From an uncultured Candidatus Rokubacteria bacterium (lineage in GTDB: Bacteria; Methylomirabilota; Methylomirabilia; Rokubacteriales; CSP1-6): DNA of 64,000 nt. Under the pieces are notes generated by a model. The model was not told the origin of the DNA. It did no database searches and saw nothing but the letters and a program-made list of their open reading frames with translations. A program made the position numbers and the translations under genes. The stretch lies in the NCBI GenBank assembly GCA_963754315.1, contig CAVWFS010000019.1, forward strand, positions 544,001 through 608,000. The letters run 5' to 3'. Numbering within the stretch: position 1 is the stretch's first letter; every line of letters begins with the position of its first letter. Positions 60,888 to 64,000 of this stretch are shown in pieces.

Positions 60888-61160
60888 GTGACGCCCCACT
60901 ACTTCTTTCCTCCCGCCCGCGCGTATCCGTTGAATCGCTTCCTCTTCGCCCTGAAGTCCGACGACGGCGTGCGGGCCCGCTATCTGGTTGATGCGGAGAC
61001 GACCATGCGTGAGGCGGGGCTCGACCCGGAGGCGGGGGCGGCCCTGCGCGACTTCGACCGCGATCGCCTCGTGGCCTGCGGCGCTCATCCCTACTTGGTG
61101 TTCATGGCCGGTCTCCGTCTGCGCATGGCCCGCGCGCCCGCCGCCTTCGAGCGATTTTAG
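60888..61160 (+). CDS. LigA-like small subunit
   Basis: YPLNRFLFAL...GAHPYL, adjacent to LigB. Confidence 0.7.
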   Translation: MTPHYFFPPARAYPLNRFLFALKSDDGVRARYLVDAETTMREAGLDPEAGAALRDFDRDRLVACGAHPYLVFMAGLRLRMARAPAAFERF

Positions 61161-61268
61161 TCTATGGTTCCAGGGGGGGCCGGACAGGGCCCCGAGCCCG
61201 TTGTGCTCGACGTGCTCCAGGCGACTCCGGGACGCGTCGAGAGTTGGCTCGGTGATGGAGGGTAGTCA

Positions 61269-62153
61269 ATGCAGCTGAACCCGTTCGTGATTCGACCCAT
61301 CGTGGAAGCAGCCCTGCGCGAGGAAATCGGGCCAGGTGACACCACGGGCGGCTTCCTGGTCGGGCCTGGCGACACGGCCCAGGCGCAGATCTATGTCAAG
61401 GAGCGGGCCGTCGTGGCCGGGCTTCCCGTGGCGGAGCAAGTCTTCAAGACGCTTGAACCCGGATGCACGGTCACCCACGAGGTGGAGGACGGCCAGGAGG
61501 TCGAGAAGGGCGCCGTGCTCATGCGCGTGGCGGCGCCGTGCTGGGTGCTGTTTGCTGCCGAGCGGGTGTCGCTCGACTACATCCAGTACATGTCGGGCAT
61601 CGCCACCAAGACGCGCCGGTACGTCCGCCTGCTGGCGCCCTACAAGGCACGCATCACCGACACCCGCAAGGGAGTGCCGGGCTGCCGAATCTTGCAAAAG
61701 TACGCCGTGCGGGTCGGCGGAGGACACAACCATCTCTTCGGATTGCACAACTGCATCCTGGTGAAGGACAACCACATCAAGGCAGTGGGCGGTATCGGGA
61801 ACGCCGTGGGGACCCTCAAGGCGCGCGCCCAGCACACGTTCAAGATCGAGGTGGAGTGCGAGTCGATGGCCGAGGTGAAGGAAGCCCTCGAGGTCGGTGC
61901 CGACATCATCATGCTCGACAACATGACGATGGACGAGATGATCGAGGCGGTGGCCTTCATCGACGGCCGGGTGCCGGTGGAGGCCTCGGGCGGGGTGCGC
62001 GAGCACACGGTCGTAGAGATCGCAAAGACGGGGGTCGATATCATCTCGGCCGGCGATCTCACCAACAACGTTCAGGTCATCGACGTCAGCATGGACGTGG
62101 GGGACATGAAGGCCTCAGCCCTCCGCCAGATGCGGACGGGCAGCGCGCACTGA
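61269..62153 (+). CDS. nadC: Quinolinate phosphoribosyltransferase-family protein (divergent)
   Basis: AER, SGIAT, DTRK, LVKDNH, IEVE, MLDN, EASGG. Confidence 0.85.
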   Translation: MQLNPFVIRPIVEAALREEIGPGDTTGGFLVGPGDTAQAQIYVKERAVVAGLPVAEQVFKTLEPGCTVTHEVEDGQEVEKGAVLMRVAAPCWVLFAAERVSLDYIQYMSGIATKTRRYVRLLAPYKARITDTRKGVPGCRILQKYAVRVGGGHNHLFGLHNCILVKDNHIKAVGGIGNAVGTLKARAQHTFKIEVECESMAEVKEALEVGADIIMLDNMTMDEMIEAVAFIDGRVPVEASGGVREHTVVEIAKTGVDIISAGDLTNNVQVIDVSMDVGDMKASALRQMRTGSAH

Positions 62154-62155
62154 CG

Positions 62156-62953
62156 GTGACCTCTGCATATCTGGCGGCCGCCCGGGAGGCGGCTCTGGCC
62201 GCCGGGACCTTGCTGCGCGAGCGATTCGGGAGCCCGCGCGCGGCGCAGCGCAAGTCGAGCCACGATCTGGTGACTCAAGACGATCATGACGCCGAGGCGG
62301 TTATTCTGGCCATTCTTCGGCAGCGGTTCCCTGACCACGCGATCCTGGCCGAGGAGAGCGGCGAGGTGGCCGGTGCCGAGGGCGAATTTCGCTGGCTCAT
62401 CGACCCCCTCGACGGAACCACGAACTACGCGCGCGGTCTGCCACACTTCGACGTGAGCCTCGCCCTCACCACCGGTGGTCGGGTGATTCTCGGTCTCACC
62501 TATGCGCCAGTCCTGGACGAAATGTTCTGGGCGATAGCGGGTCGCGGAGCGTTCGTGACGAGGCGCGGGAGCGAGGAGCCGCTGCGCGTCTCCGACACCG
62601 CTCGTCTCGCTGACGCGCTGGTGACCACAAGCCTGCCCGCCCACGCCGGCGCCCGCAAGCTGCTGCACTATCACACGCGCCTCGTCGGACGCAGCTTCAG
62701 CCAGCGACGCCCGGGGGCGGCCGCTCTCGACATGGCGTACGTGGCCGCGGGGCGCTTCGACGCCATGATCCATCCCGAGATCCTGCCGTGGGATGTGGCG
62801 GCCGGGCTCGTCCTGGTCCAGGAGGCGGGCGGCTCTGTCAGCGACTTTGGCGGGCACGATCCATCACCGGAGGCGGGCAATGTCGTCGCCTCCAATGGTC
62901 GCTTTCACGGCGATCTCCTTCGCGCGCTGCACGAACCGTGGGCCGACGAGTGA
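62156..62953 (+). CDS. Inositol monophosphatase family protein
   Basis: AEES, IDPLDGTTNY, WDVAAG. Confidence 0.9.
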   Translation: MTSAYLAAAREAALAAGTLLRERFGSPRAAQRKSSHDLVTQDDHDAEAVILAILRQRFPDHAILAEESGEVAGAEGEFRWLIDPLDGTTNYARGLPHFDVSLALTTGGRVILGLTYAPVLDEMFWAIAGRGAFVTRRGSEEPLRVSDTARLADALVTTSLPAHAGARKLLHYHTRLVGRSFSQRRPGAAALDMAYVAAGRFDAMIHPEILPWDVAAGLVLVQEAGGSVSDFGGHDPSPEAGNVVASNGRFHGDLLRALHEPWADE

Positions 62954-63687
62954 GCATCACCGCCAGTCACGGCATCATCTGTGCCACCGACCTCGATGAC
63001 CTCGAGGCGATTGGGCGTCTCGTGAACGCCATCGACTCCGTGGAGGCTCTCGTCGGCTACAAGTTCGGCTCACTCCTCGCCCTCCGCTTCGGATTAGCCG
63101 CCGTCGTCAAGGCCTTTCGTCGCCTGACCTCCAAGTGGCTGATCTACGATCATCAGAAGGCCGGGCTCGACATCCCCAGCATGGCGCCGGAGTTCGCGGC
63201 GGTCTGCCGCGACGCGGGCATGGACGCGCTGATCCTCTTTCCGGTGGCCGGGCCTGGGAGCGTGGATGCCTTCGTCGGCGCCACCCTGAAGGTTGGCCTC
63301 GTTCCGATCGTGGGAGGCGCCCTCCCCCTGCCCGATTACCTGGCCACGGGCGGCGGCTTCGTGGCCGAGGACGCCCTGCCCCGTATCCTCGACCGCGCCT
63401 ACGCTCTCGGCGCGCGTGACTTCATCATCCCGGCCACCGACACGGTGGCCATCAAGGCGCACGCCTCCACGTTCGCGGCGCGCGGCACGACCCGGCTCTA
63501 CATGCCCGGGATCGGCGCTCTCGGTGGCGATATCACCCGCGCCTTCGAGGCCGCCCGGCCGCTCGGCAGCTACGCCATCGTCGGCCGCGGCCTCTATGCT
63601 GCAAAAGATCCGGCGGCCGCGGCGCGCCGACTCGGCGGGGAGGCGCAGTCCTTCGGTGACTCTTCGAGGAAAGGACAGCTTCCATGA
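62950..63687 (+). CDS. OMP decarboxylase/HUMPS-family protein (variant motif)
   Basis: ATD, GYKFG, YDHQKAGLDIP, PGIGALGG, IVGR; GTG overlaps upstream TGA. Confidence 0.75.
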   Translation: MSITASHGIICATDLDDLEAIGRLVNAIDSVEALVGYKFGSLLALRFGLAAVVKAFRRLTSKWLIYDHQKAGLDIPSMAPEFAAVCRDAGMDALILFPVAGPGSVDAFVGATLKVGLVPIVGGALPLPDYLATGGGFVAEDALPRILDRAYALGARDFIIPATDTVAIKAHASTFAARGTTRLYMPGIGALGGDITRAFEAARPLGSYAIVGRGLYAAKDPAAAARRLGGEAQSFGDSSRKGQLP

Positions 63688-64000
63688 GCGCGAAGTGGCG
63701 CTTCGACAAGTCCCTGGATTTCTCGAAACTCAACGGCCTGGTCCCGGTCATCATCCAGCACGCCGACTCCGGTGATGTCCTCATGTGTGGGTTCATGAAC
63801 GACGAGGCGTGGCAAAGGACCCTCGAGACGGGCCAGGTGACGCTCTTCCGCCGTACGCTCGGTCGCGTGTGGACCAAGGGAGAAGACGACGGCCACTACG
63901 TCGACGCCACCGAGATCCTCGTGGACTGTGACGACGACACGGTGATCGTGAAGGGTCGCCCGACCGGTAACCTGTGTGGCCACGGGTTCCCGGGCTGCTT
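63684..64000 (+). CDS. Phosphoribosyl-AMP cyclohydrolase (HisI)-like protein, 3' truncated by window
   Basis: GLVPVIIQ..SGDVLMCGFMN, WTKGE, VDCDDD, LCGHGFPGC. Confidence 0.8.
   Translation, partial: MSAKWRFDKSLDFSKLNGLVPVIIQHADSGDVLMCGFMNDEAWQRTLETGQVTLFRRTLGRVWTKGEDDGHYVDATEILVDCDDDTVIVKGRPTGNLCGHGFPGC

Noticed and set aside
1..64000. tRNA/rRNA genes
   Set aside because: None recognised by eye; a tRNAscan/Infernal run would be needed to exclude them.

Overview
GC-rich bacterial DNA with many single-base frameshifts, probably long-read homopolymer errors. The gene content (many orphan ABC substrate-binding protein (SBP) paralogs, MetE-like and CoxL-like enzymes, class III cyclases) resembles Candidatus Rokubacteria/Methylomirabilota; that assignment is inference. 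Bases ~3.3-20 kb are an accessory region. An integron integrase (minus strand) is followed downstream, in the same orientation, by a cassette array with 7 complete attC sites, and most cassettes are ABC SBP paralogs. One SBP cassette is interrupted by a group II intron (9907-14638). The intron RT gene is in turn interrupted at its conserved 'DLAAY|FD' motif by a 2738-bp large-serine-recombinase element (10881-13618). The most striking observation is that this element carries a gene split across its own ends: the RBS, ATG and first codons lie at the right end and the body (DUF5372-like) at the left end. An intact 173-aa ORF therefore exists only on the excised circle (attP), and the same excision restores the intron RT frame at that junction. 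An rve-type IS sits just upstream of intI. The remaining ~44 kb is mostly metabolic or housekeeping DNA. It includes a deaminase/creatininase/LLM/ABC cluster, a MSMEG_4193-DUF3090-SCO1664 trio, an 85-bp palindromic tandem repeat, UdgX, and at the right end an unusual LigB/LigA-NadC-IMPase-OMPDC-HisI-like operon of divergent paralogs.
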